From IMG/VR virus record IMGVR_UViG_2565956719_000002: a stretch of DNA of 64,000 nucleotides; one strand, 5' to 3'. The notes beneath the pieces were generated by a model. That model did no database searches. It saw nothing but the letters and a program-made list of their open reading frames with translations, and had not been told where the DNA came from. The stretch's first letter is position 1, and each line of letters begins with the position of its first letter. A program made the translations under genes and the position numbers. Shown here piece after piece: positions 61,850 to 64,000 of the stretch. The DNA comes from a virus (Duplodnaviria > Heunggongvirae > Uroviricota > Caudoviricetes).

Positions 61850-62685
61850 TGCAGCGTTCCTGGTTTAATAACCGGCTTACATCAGCTAAGCAAAAGTCAT
61901 TACTTTATAAATCATTGGCTGATTTGGTTCAGTCAATGATGGACACCTTTGTTGACCCATGGTTGGAGCGAATTACCAACCGGAAGTCTATTTTCTCCAT
62001 GAGCAAGGAGGATCTGGAGACTAGGACAAATGAACTTGGCCAGTTTTTTACTATCAGAACGTCGAATTCATCTTCCGTTCCGATGTTGTTACAACAGCGG
62101 TTTGATGAGATCCATTTTAAGGGTACTGAACGCCCTATAAACCAGACAATTTATCGCGAATTTAACGGTATATCGGTTTTATGGGATCCAATATATGCTC
62201 CGGTGGACTTTGAACGTCATCCCTATGGCACGGTCCTGATTCCAGAAAGCACACTGGAAACCACCGGCGGCACATTCGGCGAGATGTTTCTGACTTCCAG
62301 AGGAATGATCAGTATTCCCATAAACGACCTGGCCCGGACAATGGGTATTACTGGAACGATAGATCAGTCCGCAATTACAGAAGAAATTCTCAGAAAGTTT
62401 AATCAGTTCGTAAAGCCTCTACTGCCACTGCATATAGTGTTTGATGGGCTTACGCTCTATTTGTCGGTTGTTGTAAATGAACAGGCCGACATGATCACTT
62501 TGAATGAGATTTCTGATACCGAAAAAGCATTCTGCTGGTTTGAAACTTCGGATACAACTTCGCTTACTGAAGTTACGTCGATTAACGCCCCGATCACTGC
62601 AACGCCGGGCGGCACTATTGTGAAAGCAACGCCTACGTTTGATCGCACCCGCGCAGATGATTTGCTGTTGGATAGCGATGCGTGA
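61846..62685 (+). CDS. baseplate/tail protein (279 aa)
   Basis: coupled ORF. Confidence 0.4.
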   Translation: MMQRSWFNNRLTSAKQKSLLYKSLADLVQSMMDTFVDPWLERITNRKSIFSMSKEDLETRTNELGQFFTIRTSNSSSVPMLLQQRFDEIHFKGTERPINQTIYREFNGISVLWDPIYAPVDFERHPYGTVLIPESTLETTGGTFGEMFLTSRGMISIPINDLARTMGITGTIDQSAITEEILRKFNQFVKPLLPLHIVFDGLTLYLSVVVNEQADMITLNEISDTEKAFCWFETSDTTSLTEVTSINAPITATPGGTIVKATPTFDRTRADDLLLDSDA

Positions 62686-62763
62686 CAATCACCCCGTCCG
62701 CAGGGCGGGGTGACAAGTTACTTATCTTACAATGAGGCTTCACAACATTGATTAGGGAAAATC

Positions 62764-63198
62764 ATGTCTGACGTCTCAACAAACCTCTATAAGAGTCAGT
62801 TGTTGGACTATTACTATCAGCGGCGCGCTGAATCGTCCATTAACAAAGGCTCTCGATTTTTAATCAGCAAGGCCGTTTTCGGTACCAGTTCACTGGTTAC
62901 TAAGAAAGGAGATGGCACTTATGAGATTGGAGAACTGCCAAAGGCTTTCGATCTGGCAGAACTGACCAGTCAATTTTGCACCATCAACCTCGTCCCAACC
63001 TACTCAGGCGGGATAATTACTGTCCGAATGGACCTTGATCAAAGTCAGTTGCAGGAAGGGAAAAACTACCCATTCAACACTCTGGTTGTTCTGGATAACG
63101 AGAATAAGCCAATCGCCATTATTTGTGTCCAGGAAGACTCGCTGTATGTGGGCAAAACATATACCGCAGTTATGGCCATAAACTCGACTACAGCATAA
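62764..63198 (+). CDS. hypothetical tail protein (144 aa)
   Basis: AGGGAAAATC RBS region; precedes tail fibre. Confidence 0.4.
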   Translation: MSDVSTNLYKSQLLDYYYQRRAESSINKGSRFLISKAVFGTSSLVTKKGDGTYEIGELPKAFDLAELTSQFCTINLVPTYSGGIITVRMDLDQSQLQEGKNYPFNTLVVLDNENKPIAIICVQEDSLYVGKTYTAVMAINSTTA

Positions 63199-63209
63199 GG
63201 ATATGCTTG

Positions 63210-64000
63210 ATGAATGACGTTACAGTTGTTACATCGGTTACTTACCCATCACCCGAGTCGTTGGCTCTGGTGGCTGATGTGCAATACCACGAACCATATC
63301 TGTCAGCCGCTCTAAACCGAAAATTCAGGGGAATTGTTGACCCGGGATTTTATGCTGGTTTCTTGCCTAAGCCTGGCGGTGGGATGAACCTGTTAATCAC
63401 CTCAGTGGATGGAGATAAAACCGCTGGCGCGGCGTCAGTGGATATTGGTGAATTCTACCAGGTAACTATTCAGCATCGTAAGGATATCTCTCTTGCACTT
63501 AACGCAGGCAAGAAATATGCAATTGTGCTGAAGGGAAGATACCTTCTTGGAGAAGATACCTATCAGGTGAATACCGCGTCACATATTCATGCAGCTGAAT
63601 TTGTTGCCAGAACCTATACCGATTCATATCAGTTAGGTGATGGGGAACTGCTGGTTTGTACGGTGAATATCCCTGCTGGCGTATCTACCATTACTCAAGA
63701 GATGATTGATACATCCGAGCGTATCAACCGCACGATCGGCATTGATATTTCAGACTCTGTAACCAGTACCAGAAGTGATGTTGCTGCGAGTTCGCTGGCA
63801 GTTAAAAAAGCCTACGATCTGGCGAAAAGCAAGTATACGGCGCAGGATGCAAGCACAACGCAAAAGGGATTAGTTCAGCTCAGTAGTGCCACTAACAGTA
63901 CGTCCGAAGTGCTGGCCGCCACACCGAAAGCTGTCAAGGCTGCATATGACCTGGCTAACGGGAAGTATACAGCCCAGGATGCAACCACGACACAAAAAGG
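63210..64000 (+). CDS. tail fibre protein, 5' part (runs off window end)
   Basis: open frame from ATG 63210 to window end; repeats ...AVKKAYDLAKSKYTAQDASTTQKGLVQLSSATNSTSEVLAATPKAVKAAYDLANGKYTAQDATTTQKG typical of phage tail fibres. Confidence 0.7.
   Translation, partial: MNDVTVVTSVTYPSPESLALVADVQYHEPYLSAALNRKFRGIVDPGFYAGFLPKPGGGMNLLITSVDGDKTAGAASVDIGEFYQVTIQHRKDISLALNAGKKYAIVLKGRYLLGEDTYQVNTASHIHAAEFVARTYTDSYQLGDGELLVCTVNIPAGVSTITQEMIDTSERINRTIGIDISDSVTSTRSDVAASSLAVKKAYDLAKSKYTAQDASTTQKGLVQLSSATNSTSEVLAATPKAVKAAYDLANGKYTAQDATTTQK

Overview
This 64-kb window reads as a segment of a P1-like phage-plasmid (plasmid prophage of an enterobacterium) with a mosaic layout; no integrase is present. 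All family names below come from reading the translated ORFs and from memory of P1 biology; no database search was run. Left to right: coi-c1 immunity (25-1196); an ImmI-like c4/icd/ant module (1229-2900); the packaging operon lpa-pacA-pacB with a GATC-hexamer pac site (2902-6118); doc-phd-humD-hot with a LexA box (7462-8900); a lambdoid-type early block of Ea22-like, DUF551-like, ASCH and nuclease-like ORFs (8933-16800); two C1-operator-flanked accessory operons (16986-19048 and 19130-22678) carrying a 420-aa coiled-coil protein, a HAD-like phosphatase, glycosyltransferase-like and MptE/GT42-like paralogs, the ppp phosphatase, a VRR-NUC nuclease and a TraR-like protein; baseplate-type genes (22825-27576); ban helicase, three tRNAs (CAU, Thr, Asn) and a repeat-rich non-coding region (28621-32960); dmt-hrdC (32978-36175); a PAAR-like ORF and a spanin pair; the plasmid maintenance region incC-repA-incA-[T5orf172-like insert]-parA-parB-parS (38612-43260); head and tail-sheath genes; a hok/mok/sok-like locus; repL-kilA and a second ImmI module (49453-52885); then tape-measure/transglycosylase (sit-like), baseplate and a partial tail-fibre gene. 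A 17-bp C1-operator-like motif recurs at 13 positions. I could not pin down one clearly novel system; the best candidates are the two C1-controlled accessory operons, the duplicated ImmI modules with a covarying c4-like RNA, the T5orf172-like insert in the partition locus, and the repeat-rich non-coding region around the tRNAs.
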